Shown: one piece after another, positions 10,008 through 20,562 of the stretch
Layout of the letters: every line of letters starts with the position of its first letter
Numbering within the stretch: the stretch's first letter is position 1
Origin: an uncultured Thermoleophilia bacterium
Lineage (GTDB): Bacteria; Actinomycetota; Thermoleophilia; UBA2241
DNA: 64,000 nucleotides
Reading direction: 5' to 3'
Assembly (NCBI GenBank): GCA_963702475.1
Contig: CAVPCT010000003.1
Location: 128,001 to 192,000, forward strand
Translations under genes and position numbers: made by a program
Notes under the pieces: generated by a model
Told to the model about the DNA's origin: nothing
Database searches by the model: none
The model's input: only the letters and a program-made list of their open reading frames with translations

Positions 10008-11763
10008 TCAGCCGTCGCCCAGGCAGTACAGGTTGCCGTCGCGGCAGCCGATGAACACACGTCCCTTCCACATGACGGGGGTGCTCTCGAAGGCGCCACC
10101 GCCGGCGAAGGACGACTTCTCGACGACGTCGACGGTGAACCAGTCCCCGCTCGGGCTCCTGAGGGCGCCTTCGTCACCCTTCTTCGCCGTCTTCCACTTG
10201 ACCTTGTAGAGGTGCACGCGGTTGTCGTACCCCGCGGCGACGATGGCGTCGTCCACCATGATCGGGGTGGAGATGGACGCGCCGATGTTGAAGCTCGCGA
10301 CCGTCTTCGGCGTGGGATACGGGCCGTCTCCGTTGGGTCCCCGTACCTTGCTGCCGGTCTTCGCGTCCTGTGCCACCACGTACAGGTCGCCGTCGATCGC
10401 GCTGAAAGCCGCAAGGCGAGGACGGCGGCCCCACGGGTCGTAGGTGTCGTTCACCGCCACCGACCCGATCACGCCGCCCTGCCAGTCGCCCAGTGTGCGG
10501 TCGCCGGTGGGGAAGAACCATCTCACGGCGGCCGACCCGCTCTTCTTCGGGTCCAGCATGAGAACGCCGCCATGGCCGCTGATGTATTGCTTCTCCACGG
10601 CGGCGAGCAGGTAGCCTGACGCGGTCGTCACGGGGGTGCCGTCCAGGTCGGACCCGGTGCGGTAGTCCCACACCACCTTGAGGTCGCTGCGGCGCATGCC
10701 GTAGACGTGGCCGGCGCCGGAACTGATGTAGATGATGCCGTCGAGCAGGCTCGGCGAGGCCTCCAGCACGAGGTTGCCGCCGTGCGCGGAGCCGTCGCCG
10801 GGGTCGCCGAGCAGCAGACGCTGAGCAATGACCTTCGGCGTGCGGTAGCCGTTCCAGGCGCTCGTCTCGAACGGATCGAGCTTGTAGAACCAGCCGCTCT
10901 CGACCGCCGAGAACATGCGCTTGTTGTAGAAGAACCCGCTACTGTCCACGTCACGGCTGTAGCTGGCCGTGAGAGGCACGGGCAGGCGCCACACCTCCTC
11001 GCCTGTTCCGAACGACACGGCCCGGTACGGCGCCAGGTCTGAGTCGGTGAAGCCGGACGGCCAGCCCCGGCGCGACCCTGCCAGCACCAGGTACCTGTCG
11101 CTGTCCTTCTCGGGGCGCGGATCCTCGATCACGGTGGGGCTGCTCTTGATGATGTCGTCGAACGCGTACGCCCAGACGACCTTGCCGGACTTCAGGTTCG
11201 ATCTTGTGGAGCTTGCGGTCGAAGGCTCCCCACAACAGGTACAGGGAGCCGTCGTCGCGGACGATGACCGGCTGCCCCGTCCACCCGCTGCCGGACCACG
11301 GCTCGTTCGGCCCGTTGCCGACCGGCGAGGTCATGCCGCCGCCGATGAACGTCTTCCAGATGAGGCCCAGCTTCTTGGGCGGCGGCCCCAGGCCGTACAG
11401 CCGCCGCGTCTCGTCCCCGAGGTACGTGGACACCTTCACCCCGTCACCCTCGGCCTCGATGGGCGGGGGTGGGTCCAGCGAGACAGGGCCGGGGAACGCC
11501 GCAGTGACCAGCGTGATGCTGTCCGGCCGTGGCCGCGCGCTCTGCCCGTCGCCGCCGCCGGCCGCCGTGTCTCGGCCGGAGTCGTGAGTCCACAGTCGCT
11601 GGGCCGCCCCCGTGCCGAACGCCACGGCGACGGCAGCCGCGGCGACGAGCACCGCGATGACGAGCGCACGGCGCCGCCGGCGCCGCTGCAGCCGCAGCCT
11701 CTGCTCCGCTGCGGACACGTACACGCGGTACGGCGGCCGCCTGTGTCTGCGGTGGTCGCTCAC
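10008..11763 (-). CDS. membrane-anchored PQQ-like beta-propeller protein, +1 frameshift near 11200
   Basis: Arg-rich N-terminus plus TM; GSGWTGQP; repeats ending in VVW; FESTPVMWKGRVFIGCRDGNLYCL; removing one A joins LHKI to DLKSGKVVWAYAFDDIIKSSPT. Confidence 0.75.
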
Positions 11764-11945
11764 GATGGCTACAGTATCACCGCGGGGTGGGGAGCCTCCG
11801 CTCGGCCCGCACGAGCACAAGGAATGCGCGACTCCGACCGTTGTAGGGGTATACACAACTAATGTAGAGCGCCGATGTGGAGGCGGCGCTTCGTCTCGTG
11901 AACGGCGACGCTGAGGGGCGTGAGGTTCACGCCAAGGAGGAAGTC

Positions 11946-13766
11946 ATGAGGGGACGTCTGATCGTACTGGCGGTGTGCGCGGCGGTGCTGCTGCTGTTCG
12001 CCGCGCCGGCCGCGTTCGCCGCGCCCATCGATGTGCAGTCAATCGCACCAGACTCGGCGGGTACCGGCGAGACCGTCGAGTGCTCCATCTCCGGCCACTT
12101 CAACTTCCCGGCAAGCGTCGGGAATTGGCCGCAGTTCACACTGAGCGACGGTGTCACGACGATCCACGGCGACACGACATGGTTCGCCACTCCGAACTGG
12201 GCCGAAGTGAGGTTCACCATCCCCGCGGCCGCCACGCTGGGCTGGTACGACCTGATTGCCGAGCAGCAGCTCGGGACAGACGTGTTGCCTAACGCGTTCT
12301 ACGTGGACGAGTTCCCAGTGATCCTGTGGGTCGACCCGGCAAGCCTCCCGGCCGGACCCGCGCCCAGGGCCATCACCGTCCATGGAAAGCACTTCTACGG
12401 CGGGGTTTTCGGTTCGCGCATCCTTGTTGATGGACACGCGCTGCCGACGACCTATCAGTTCCCCGACAGGCTGACTGCGACGATCCCAGCCGCATACCTC
12501 GTCGCCCCCGGCCAACTGCGCATCCAGGTGCTGAACCCCGGCCCGACGCCGATCGACAACCGCACCAGCAACGTCTACTGGCTGACGGTGTGGGGGCTGC
12601 CGTCGATCACCTCGATCAGCCCGACGTCGGCCGCCCCTGGCGGTCCTGCGTTCACCCTTGACGTCTACGGCACGAACTTCGCCACCGGTCCGAACGGGGC
12701 TGTCGTGGTGTGGGTCGTCCAGGTTTCGAGCGGCAATACGGTGTACTGGAGCAGCACCGACCTGGCCACGGTCCGCGACTCGCCGACACACCTCAGGGCG
12801 ACCGTGCCGGCTTCGTTGACCGCCAAGGCCGGCGCAGCGACAGTCGTGGTGCGCAACGGGGTCTCGACGCAGGCCCCCTCCTCCAACGGCGTGGCCTTCA
12901 CCATCGTGCAGCCGAATCCCGTCCTCACCAGCATCGCACCCACGTCGGTGTGGGCAGGCTACGTCAAGAACGACATCGTCCTCAGCGCCGCCGGCAGTGG
13001 GTTCGTGAGCGGCGCGCGCATCGCCCTCAACGGCGTGGACAAGACGAACACGACGTTCGTCAGCGCCACGCAGCTCACCGTTCCCCTGGCGGCCGCCGAC
13101 ATCGCCACGCCGGGCACGATCAACGTGAGCGTCAAGAACCCGCCGTTCCCGCCGGGGTACTCGAGTGCGGCTGCGATCCCGCTCGCCGTACAGGCAGAGA
13201 CCACCGTGCCGCAGGTCAGCATCGCCGGCGCAGATGCCAGCTGGCACAACGCTTCCGTGGTCCTCAGCTTCGCGGCCACCGACGCGCAGTCGGGCATCCA
13301 GAAGGTGCAGTACATGTCCGCCCCGGCGGTGCCATCGTGGACCGACGGATCCTCGTACACGGTGCCGACCAGCACCCAGGGCGCTGTCACCGTGAACGTG
13401 CAGGCGCTCGACTGGTGCAACAAGGCCGGTACGGCCAGTGTAACCGTGTTCATCGACGCCACGCAGCCTCGGACCGAGACGCTCCGCAATGCGACAGTCA
13501 AGAAGGGCCACAACGCCAGGCTCAAGTTCCGCGTGGAAGAGCCGCCGGGCCTGAGTCCGACCTCGGCGGTCACCATCAAGATCCTGCGCTCCGATGGATC
13601 GCAGGCAAAGAAGCTTGTCTACCCCAGCGTGCCCGTGAACAGGGACCGTGTAGCGGGCTTCGAGTGCAATCTCAAGAAGGGCATGTACAGGTGGTATGTC
13701 TACGCCACAGACCTGGCAGGCAACACGCAGGCCAACGTGGCCCACGCCAAGCTCACCGTGAAGTGA
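11946..13766 (+). CDS. secreted IPT/TIG Ig-like repeat surface protein, paralog 1
   Basis: Signal peptide; PSITSISPTS / TLDVYGTNF / LTATIPA IPT repeats; AGGAGG RBS. Confidence 0.85.
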   Translation: MRGRLIVLAVCAAVLLLFAAPAAFAAPIDVQSIAPDSAGTGETVECSISGHFNFPASVGNWPQFTLSDGVTTIHGDTTWFATPNWAEVRFTIPAAATLGWYDLIAEQQLGTDVLPNAFYVDEFPVILWVDPASLPAGPAPRAITVHGKHFYGGVFGSRILVDGHALPTTYQFPDRLTATIPAAYLVAPGQLRIQVLNPGPTPIDNRTSNVYWLTVWGLPSITSISPTSAAPGGPAFTLDVYGTNFATGPNGAVVVWVVQVSSGNTVYWSSTDLATVRDSPTHLRATVPASLTAKAGAATVVVRNGVSTQAPSSNGVAFTIVQPNPVLTSIAPTSVWAGYVKNDIVLSAAGSGFVSGARIALNGVDKTNTTFVSATQLTVPLAAADIATPGTINVSVKNPPFPPGYSSAAAIPLAVQAETTVPQVSIAGADASWHNASVVLSFAATDAQSGIQKVQYMSAPAVPSWTDGSSYTVPTSTQGAVTVNVQALDWCNKAGTASVTVFIDATQPRTETLRNATVKKGHNARLKFRVEEPPGLSPTSAVTIKILRSDGSQAKKLVYPSVPVNRDRVAGFECNLKKGMYRWYVYATDLAGNTQANVAHAKLTVK

Positions 13767-13800
13767 CGGGCCCGCAGCGGGTGCGGCACGTCACGCAAGG

Positions 13801-13840
13801 CCGGAGGGGGCCGGCGACGCCGGGCGCCGGCCCCCTCCGG
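13801..13840 (+). terminator. GC-rich stem-loop after paralog 1
   Basis: CCGGAGGGGGCCGGCG...CGCCGGCCCCCTCCGG perfect inverted repeat. Confidence 0.6.
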
Positions 13841-13985
13841 CCGCCGGGCGACGGGGCCGGCCTGTGAGTCTGTTCGTCTGCTTTTCTTCAGAGTACAGTG
13901 CAGGCACGACTTCGAGGCGGGATCAGTGCGGTGCCACATCGTGCCGCCGTCGCCCCGTACACCACGGGAAGCACGAGGAGGGGTC

Positions 13986-15551
13986 ATGGGGAAGCGATTC
14001 GTAATCCTGCTCGTCGGTGCGGCCATCATGCTGGCGATCAGCGCGCCGGCGGCGCTTGCCGACCTCGCCGTCACGAGTGTCACTCCTACCAACGGCATCG
14101 GCGGTGAGTCCGTCACCTGTACCGTTGAGGGCACGTACTGGGTCAACACCCTGTTCCACGACGCCCTTGACCCGGCGTTCAAGCTCGTCGACGGGGTGAC
14201 GCTGACGGAGATTCCCGGCACCACGAACAGCTACAGCGCCACGACCGCCAGCGTCACGTTCGCCCTGCCGCTGAACGGCCCGCAGGCCCGCTACGATTTG
14301 AGCGTCTCGCAGAGCCACAAGCCGTCGATGGCCGCCATCTGGTCGAAAGACATCACCACCTTCGACAACGCGTTCGGCCTGTGGGTGAGGCCGGCCATCA
14401 CCTCCATCAGCCCGACCGGGGCGACCGTCGGCAGCGCCGCCGTCACTCTGACCGTCGCCGGCCAGCGATTCGTCACCTCGCCGCTCATCTTTGGGGCGCG
14501 CTCCGTGGTGCGCTTCAACGGCTCCGATGTGAGCACTACGTACAACTCGAGTTCGCAGCTCACGGCGACGATCCCGGCGGACAAGCTCACCGCCGCCGGC
14601 ACCGCTGAGATACGCGTGTTCAACAGCCCGGGCTCCGGCATGAGCGGCTTCGCGGGGGTCGGGAGCAACGCGCTCACCTTCACCATCAGCAGTCCGGCGC
14701 CGACCATGGGGACCATCAGCCCCACCTCGGTCTGGGCCGGCTGCGTGAGGACCGACATCGTCCTCACCGTCACCGGCACCAGCTTCGTGAACGGGTCTCG
14801 CATCGTGATCAACGGCGGCGAGAAGACCAACACCACGTTCGTGAGCGCCACGCAGCTCACGGTGCCGCTCACCCCCTCGGACATGGCGGCGGCGGTGCCC
14901 ACCCTCATGGTGACTGTGCGCAACCCCCCGTTCCCGCCGGGGACCTCGAGCGCCGGGGGCCTGCCCATCACGGTGCAGCCGGAGACGACCACGCCGACGG
15001 TGACGATCAGCGGCGCCGATGACGGCTGGCACAACACCCCGGTCGCGCTGACCTTCGCGGCCAGCGACAGCCAGTCGGGCATCCAGAAGGTGCAGTACAT
15101 GTCCGCACCGACTGTGCCCACGTGGACCGACGGCACCTCCTACACTGTGCCGACCAGCACGCAGGGCGCCGTCCCCGTGAACGTCCAGGCGCTCGACTGG
15201 TGCAACAAGGTCGGCACCGCCAACGCGACGGTCAACATCGACACCACCGAGCCGGAGACCGAGGCCCTGAACGACCCCAGCGTGAAGAAGGGCAAGAAGG
15301 CCAAGCTCAAGTACCGCATCACCGAGCCGGCCGGCCTGAGCCCGACGGCCGACGTGACCATCAAGATCAAGCGTGGCAACGGCACCACGGCGAAGACCTT
15401 CCGGATGAACGACGTGCCGGTGAACACCGACCGGGCGAAGAGCTTCACGTGCAACCTCGACAAGGGGAAGTACACGTGGTCCGTCTACGCCACCGACCTG
15501 GCCGGCAACAAGCAGGAGAACATCGCCAAGGGCAAGCTCACGGTGAAGTGA
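13986..15551 (+). CDS. secreted IPT/TIG Ig-like repeat surface protein, paralog 2
   Basis: Signal peptide, IPT repeats, C-terminal half highly similar to paralogs 1 and 3. Confidence 0.85.
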   Translation: MGKRFVILLVGAAIMLAISAPAALADLAVTSVTPTNGIGGESVTCTVEGTYWVNTLFHDALDPAFKLVDGVTLTEIPGTTNSYSATTASVTFALPLNGPQARYDLSVSQSHKPSMAAIWSKDITTFDNAFGLWVRPAITSISPTGATVGSAAVTLTVAGQRFVTSPLIFGARSVVRFNGSDVSTTYNSSSQLTATIPADKLTAAGTAEIRVFNSPGSGMSGFAGVGSNALTFTISSPAPTMGTISPTSVWAGCVRTDIVLTVTGTSFVNGSRIVINGGEKTNTTFVSATQLTVPLTPSDMAAAVPTLMVTVRNPPFPPGTSSAGGLPITVQPETTTPTVTISGADDGWHNTPVALTFAASDSQSGIQKVQYMSAPTVPTWTDGTSYTVPTSTQGAVPVNVQALDWCNKVGTANATVNIDTTEPETEALNDPSVKKGKKAKLKYRITEPAGLSPTADVTIKIKRGNGTTAKTFRMNDVPVNTDRAKSFTCNLDKGKYTWSVYATDLAGNKQENIAKGKLTVK

Positions 15552-15746
15552 GCGTGGCGAGGCAGTCCGTGTGAAGGACGCGGCGGGCGGCGGCCGATGG
15601 CCGCCCGCCGCGTCGAGTATTGCGGTCTGCCGTCCCACCTGAGGTAGGCTAACCGCGCGGCTCCACTCGCAGACGTCGCCTCGCACGCTCGGGGTCGCGA
15701 CCGGAGGGGTGGCGCGGGCACGTCCGCGCCGTGTCAAGGAGGAGCC

Positions 15747-17282
15747 ATGAAGAGACGGGTCTTGTTCGTACTCGCCTGCGTAGCCCTGCTGCCGGTGGTC
15801 GCCGTCCCGGTGGCTCAAGCCAACGGTTTCAGCGTCTACGGGATCACGCCCCCCACGGGCGATACCGGGACCACCGTGACCTGCATCGTGTACGGCAGCT
15901 TCTACCACCCCATCGGCTTGGGAACGTCCCAGCCCGACTTCCGGCTCACCCAGGGGCTCACGAGCATCGAGGGCACCGCCGAGTACCTGGTTGGTCAGGA
16001 CGGCACGGCGGCTACCGTCACGTTCGCCGTCCCCGGCGACGCACCGCTGGGCCTGTACAACCTGCACGCCAGGCAGTGGGCGCTGGGGGACTACCATGGC
16101 GCGAGCTTGTTCAACGCGTTCATCGTGCAGCAGCGCCCCGTGATTCTCTCCTGCGACCCACCCAGAGTGGTCGCCGGCTCCGGCGACCTGAAGCTCACCG
16201 TGAACGGTGCCAACTTCATCAGGATCTACTCGCCGCTGCCGAGGCAGTCGCAACTGCAGGTCAACGGCACCGTCGTGGGCACCACGTGCGAGTCCTCCAC
16301 CAGGCTGATAGCCATGATCCCAGCCTCGCTGGTGGCCTCGCCCGGCACCCTGCACCTGGTGGTGGTGAACTCCGGCACCAAGTACGACCCCGAGGTCTGG
16401 AGCAGCCCCTTCCTCTACGCCGTCACCGCTCCGCCGGCCCCCGTGGTCACCGCGTGCTCCCCGACCTCGGTCTGGGCGGGGTACGTCGGCAACGTCACCC
16501 TGACCGTCTCCGGCAGCAGCTTCGTGGGCACGTCGCGCATCGCCCTGAACGGCGTGGAGAAGACCAACACGACCTTCGTCAGCTCCACCCAGCTGAGCGT
16601 GCCGCTGACCCCTGCCGACATGGCCGCCGCGGGCACGGTCGCGGTGAGCGTCCGCAACCCGCCGTTCCCCGGAGGCTCCTCCAGCGGCAACGTCTCGCTG
16701 ACCGTCCAGGCCGAGACCACCGCACCTACGGTCACCATCAGCAGCGCCGACGGCGGCTGGTACAACTCCCCGGTGGCGCTGACGTTCGCGGCGACCGACG
16801 CGCAGTCCGGCGTGCAGAAGATCCAGTACATGGCGCCGCCGGCGGTGGCCGCGTGGACGGTGGGCTCTGCCTACACGGTGCCGACAACCAGCCAGGGCCC
16901 AACCGTAGTCACGGTGCAGGCGCTGGATTGGTGCAACCAGGTCGGCACCGCCACGGCCACGGTCAATATCGACACCACCAAGCCCGGCACGGAGACGCTC
17001 GGCAACGTCAGCGTGAAGAAGGGCAACACGGCCAGGCTCCGCTTCAGCGTCGGTGAGCCCGTCGGTCTCAGCCCGACGGCCGATGTGACCCTGAAGATCG
17101 CCAAGAGCCACGGGAAGGTCGTCAAGTCCATCCGCGTGGCGGCCGTGCCGGTCAACAGCGACCGCACGCAGCCGTTCGTGTGCAACCTCGCCAAGGGCGC
17201 CTACACGTGGTCGGTCTACGCCACCGACCTCGCCGGCAACACGCAGGCCAACGTGGCCAAGGCGAAGCTCACGGTGAAGTGA
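15747..17282 (+). CDS. secreted IPT/TIG Ig-like repeat surface protein, paralog 3
   Basis: AGGAGG RBS, signal peptide, shared KTNTTFVS..QL.VPL, VQALDWCN and YATDLAGN..KLTVK. Confidence 0.85.
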   Translation: MKRRVLFVLACVALLPVVAVPVAQANGFSVYGITPPTGDTGTTVTCIVYGSFYHPIGLGTSQPDFRLTQGLTSIEGTAEYLVGQDGTAATVTFAVPGDAPLGLYNLHARQWALGDYHGASLFNAFIVQQRPVILSCDPPRVVAGSGDLKLTVNGANFIRIYSPLPRQSQLQVNGTVVGTTCESSTRLIAMIPASLVASPGTLHLVVVNSGTKYDPEVWSSPFLYAVTAPPAPVVTACSPTSVWAGYVGNVTLTVSGSSFVGTSRIALNGVEKTNTTFVSSTQLSVPLTPADMAAAGTVAVSVRNPPFPGGSSSGNVSLTVQAETTAPTVTISSADGGWYNSPVALTFAATDAQSGVQKIQYMAPPAVAAWTVGSAYTVPTTSQGPTVVTVQALDWCNQVGTATATVNIDTTKPGTETLGNVSVKKGNTARLRFSVGEPVGLSPTADVTLKIAKSHGKVVKSIRVAAVPVNSDRTQPFVCNLAKGAYTWSVYATDLAGNTQANVAKAKLTVK

Positions 17283-17445
17283 CGGCCGGCCGGGCCGGTC
17301 GTCTTCGGGCGGCCCGGCCGGGGACGCGCCAAGTCGGGGCGGCGGCCGGAGGGCCGCCGCCCCCACTTGTCTCTGGGGTAAGCTTCGGTCATAAGCGGTA
17401 TGCCTGCGGCGTCCCGCTTGTGTTCGCCACGAAGAGAAGGGCGTC

Positions 17446-18516
17446 ATGACCGAGAAGATCCGCCTCACGCAGTTCGCAGCCAAGAGCGGTTGAGCGGCCA
17501 AGCTGGGTCCGTGCGACCTGCAGGCCGTGCTTGACGCTCTCCCGCGCAGCTCCCCCGAGTTCGCGCGGCTGCTCGAGACGCGCGACGATGCCGCCGTCAC
17601 GCGCATCTCAGACGACCTCTGCCTGGTGCAGACGGTCGACTTCTTCACGCCCATCGTCGACTCGGCGTACTGGTTCGGGCAGCTGGCCGCGGCCAACGCG
17701 CTCAGCGACGTGTATGCCATGGGCGCGACGCCGCTCACGGCGATGAACCTGGTGGCCTGGCCGTCAGACCTGGACATGACGCTGCTCGCCGAGTTGCTCA
17801 AGGGCGGCGCCGAGAAGGTCATCGAGGCCGGCGCCGACCTGGCCGGGGGGCACTCCATCGACGACAAGGAGCCCAAGTACGGGCTGGCGGTGACCGGTGT
17901 GGCGCGCCCCGACGAGATCGTCTACAACGGCGGCGCGCAGCCGGGCGACGCACTCGTGCTCACCAAGCGGCTCGGCATCGGCGTACTGGCCAGCGCCCTC
18001 AAGAAGGGCATCGTGTCCGAGGACGACATGATGCCGGCCATTGAGGAGGCCGCCAGACTGAACGCGGAGGCGGCCCGGGCGATGGCGGAGACCGGCGTGC
18101 ACGCCTGCACCGACGTCACCGGGTTCGGACTGCTCGGCCACCTCGGCGAGATGCTGGACGCCTCCGCCGCCGCGGCCGAGGTGGACGTCGCCTCGGTGCC
18201 CCTGCACGACGGCGTGCTCGAGCTGATCGAGCAGGCAGTGTACGCGGGCGGCCTGCGCAACAACCGCGACTACCTTGTGCCGCGGCTGCACGCGAGGGCC
18301 AGTGCGGCCCAAGGCGTCTTCGCCGGCCCCGTCGCCGGACAGGACCCGCGCGTGCTCGCCCTCTTCGACCCGCAGACCTCCGGCGGGCTGCTCATGGCGG
18401 TACCGGCCGCGCGTCACCAGGCCCTTCTCGAGAAGCTCTCCGCTCGGCAGGTACCCGGCTGGACGGTCGGCCGGGTCACCGCCGGGGCCACGGGGTCCAT
18501 CACGCTGCATGTGTGA
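17446..18516 (+). CDS. selD: selenide, water dikinase; selenoprotein with Sec at codon 16 (TGA 17491-17493)
   Basis: MTEKIRLTQFAAKSG-U-AAKLGP in frame with DDAAV, QTVDFFTPIVD, AANALSDVYAMG, TDVTGFGLLGH, DPQTSGGLL. Confidence 0.96.
17494..17527 (+). promoter_or_regulatory. putative bacterial SECIS hairpin of selD
   Basis: GCGGC..CTG GGTC-CGTGC-GACC..CAG GCCGT folds into a stem-loop immediately 3' of the in-frame UGA. Confidence 0.65.
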
Positions 18517-18552
18517 CGTGACCGGCTGTGGCGCGCCGAGGCCGGGCATCTC

Positions 18553-19107
18553 GTGAGCCCGGAACGAAAGCCGGGCGATGCGGGCTGGAAGCCCAGCGAG
18601 GCGGACATCGCCGGGTCACAGCGGCCGATGGCGGGGCTGGTGCTGCGCATCGTGTCCGTCATCCCGTTCGTCGCTCTCGGCGTGCTCGGGCTGCTGTCGC
18701 TCGTCGCGTGGGCGGCGGTCTTCGTGTTCGGCGTCGGCAATCCCAACGGGTCGGTGTGGACGTGGGCGCAGGGCAGGCCGGCGGGCGAGGTGATCTGGCA
18801 GGTGACGCTGATGCTGCTCCTCGGCCTGGCGTGCGTGGGCGTGGCCGTCGGCTCCATGTACGCCACCATGGTCGGCGTGAAGGAACGGCAGCCGTGGTGG
18901 TTCTGGCCGGCGGCGCAGGCGGTGTTCGGCGGGATGCTCATCCTGCTCATCTGGGGCGCGAGATCACACCCGGCGGGTATGGCGGAGCTCGGGCTCGGCG
19001 GCGTGCAGTGGTGGGTCGGGTTCCTGTGGCTGGCGTTCTCGATCGTCGTGGCCGGACTACGGATGCGCCGCCGTGGGCATGACGGGGGGGATGGACCGGA
19101 TGGCTGA
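18553..19107 (+). CDS. hypothetical 4-TM membrane protein within the sel operon
   Basis: Four hydrophobic segments; stop overlaps the selA start. Confidence 0.7.
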   Translation: MSPERKPGDAGWKPSEADIAGSQRPMAGLVLRIVSVIPFVALGVLGLLSLVAWAAVFVFGVGNPNGSVWTWAQGRPAGEVIWQVTLMLLLGLACVGVAVGSMYATMVGVKERQPWWFWPAAQAVFGGMLILLIWGARSHPAGMAELGLGGVQWWVGFLWLAFSIVVAGLRMRRRGHDGGDGPDG

Positions 19108-20533
19108 GAAGGGGAGCGAGGGAGCGGGGGACCGCCAGGCACGGCTGCGCTCGCTGGCGGCCGTCGACGAGGTGCTCCGTGAGCCCGGCGTCGAGGAGCT
19201 GATGGCGCGGTACCCGCGCGCGCTCGTCGTCGACGCGGTGCGCACGGTGATCGACCGTCTGCGCGGGGAGATCCTGGCCGGGGAGGCGGCCGGCGAAGGC
19301 GCCGCCGCCAAGGCCGCGGACCTCACCCCCGCCGCCCTCGTGCCGTGGGTGTCGCGCCTGCTGGAGACGGCGGTCACGCCGTCGCTGCGGCGCGTCATCA
19401 ACGCCACCGGCGTGGTCGTGCACACCAACCTCGGGCGCGCGCTCCTGCCGCCGGAGGCGGTCGAGGCGGTAGCGCGCGCTGCGTCCGGCTACACGGACCT
19501 GGAGTTCAGCCTGGCGCGCGGCGACCGCGCCTCGCGCCAGGACCACGTGCACGACGTCCTCTGCACCGTGGCGGGGGCCGAGGACGCCATGGCCGTGAAC
19601 AACAACGCCGCCGCCGTGCTGCTCTCGCTGGCGGCGACGGCGCGCGGCGGCGAGGTCCTCGTGGCCCGCGGCCAGCTGGTCGAGATCGGCGACGGCTTCC
19701 GTATCCCCGACATCCTTCGCGAGAGCGGCGCGGAGCTCGTCGAGGTGGGCACGACCAACCGCACCTATCTTCGTGACTTCGAGGCCGCCTGGACGGATCG
19801 CACCCGCGCGGTGCTTCGCGTGCACACCAGCAACTACCGCATCGTCGGGTTCACGGCCGAGCCCTCGCTCGGCGAGCTCGCGGGGCTCGCCCACGGGCGC
19901 GGCGCCGTGCTGGTGGACGACCTCGGCAGCGGGGCCTTGGCGGGCCTGCCACTGTTCGCCGAAGAGCCGTCGCTGCAGGAGAGCGTGGCAGCCGGCGCCG
20001 ACATCGTCACGTTCAGCGGCGACAAATTGCTCGGCGGTCCCCAGGCCGGCATCGCCGTCGGCACGGCCGCGGCCATCAGCCTGATGCGGCGGCACCCGCT
20101 CGCCCGGGCGTTGCGCATCGACAAGCTCGACCTGGCCGCTCTGGACGCGGTGCTGCGGCTCTATCTCGACCAGGAGGGCGTCGTGTCGCGCGTGCCCACG
20201 CTCGCCGCTCTCTCGGCCTCTGTCGAGGTCGTGCGCGAGCGCGCCGGCCGGCTACGCGGGTGGCTCGAGGCGAAGGGCGTGCCCGCCGGCCGGCTCGAGC
20301 TCATCGACACCGTCGCCCGCGCCGGCGCCGGCGCGCTGCCGGTCACCGAAGTCCCCAGTGTGGCTGTCGCGGTCGACGTGGGCGGCGACGTGGAAGCGGT
20401 CGTCGCGGCGCTCAGGATGGGCACGCCGGCGGTGGTGGGCCGCGTCCATGAGAGCCGTCTGCTGCTCGACCTGCGGGCCGTCACCGACGCGGAGCTTGAG
20501 GACCTGGCCACGGCAGTGGCCGCCGCCGTTTGA
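19100..20533 (+). CDS. selA: L-seryl-tRNA(Sec) selenium transferase
   Basis: VINATGVVVHTNLGRA, VNNNAAAV, EVGTTNRT, HTSNY, FSGDKLLGGPQAG. Confidence 0.97.
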   Translation: MAEKGSEGAGDRQARLRSLAAVDEVLREPGVEELMARYPRALVVDAVRTVIDRLRGEILAGEAAGEGAAAKAADLTPAALVPWVSRLLETAVTPSLRRVINATGVVVHTNLGRALLPPEAVEAVARAASGYTDLEFSLARGDRASRQDHVHDVLCTVAGAEDAMAVNNNAAAVLLSLAATARGGEVLVARGQLVEIGDGFRIPDILRESGAELVEVGTTNRTYLRDFEAAWTDRTRAVLRVHTSNYRIVGFTAEPSLGELAGLAHGRGAVLVDDLGSGALAGLPLFAEEPSLQESVAAGADIVTFSGDKLLGGPQAGIAVGTAAAISLMRRHPLARALRIDKLDLAALDAVLRLYLDQEGVVSRVPTLAALSASVEVVRERAGRLRGWLEAKGVPAGRLELIDTVARAGAGALPVTEVPSVAVAVDVGGDVEAVVAALRMGTPAVVGRVHESRLLLDLRAVTDAELEDLATAVAAAV

Positions 20534-20562
20534 GCGGAAGTCGTGGCGCCAAAGGAGCACAC

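Noticed and set aside
2416-17876. Very long alternative-frame ORFs (2416-5040 -, 5' part of 3006-5825 +, 13923-17876 -)
   Set aside because: Shadow ORFs of high-GC coding sequence; they overlap well-supported genes and are Arg/Ala/Gly-rich without motifs
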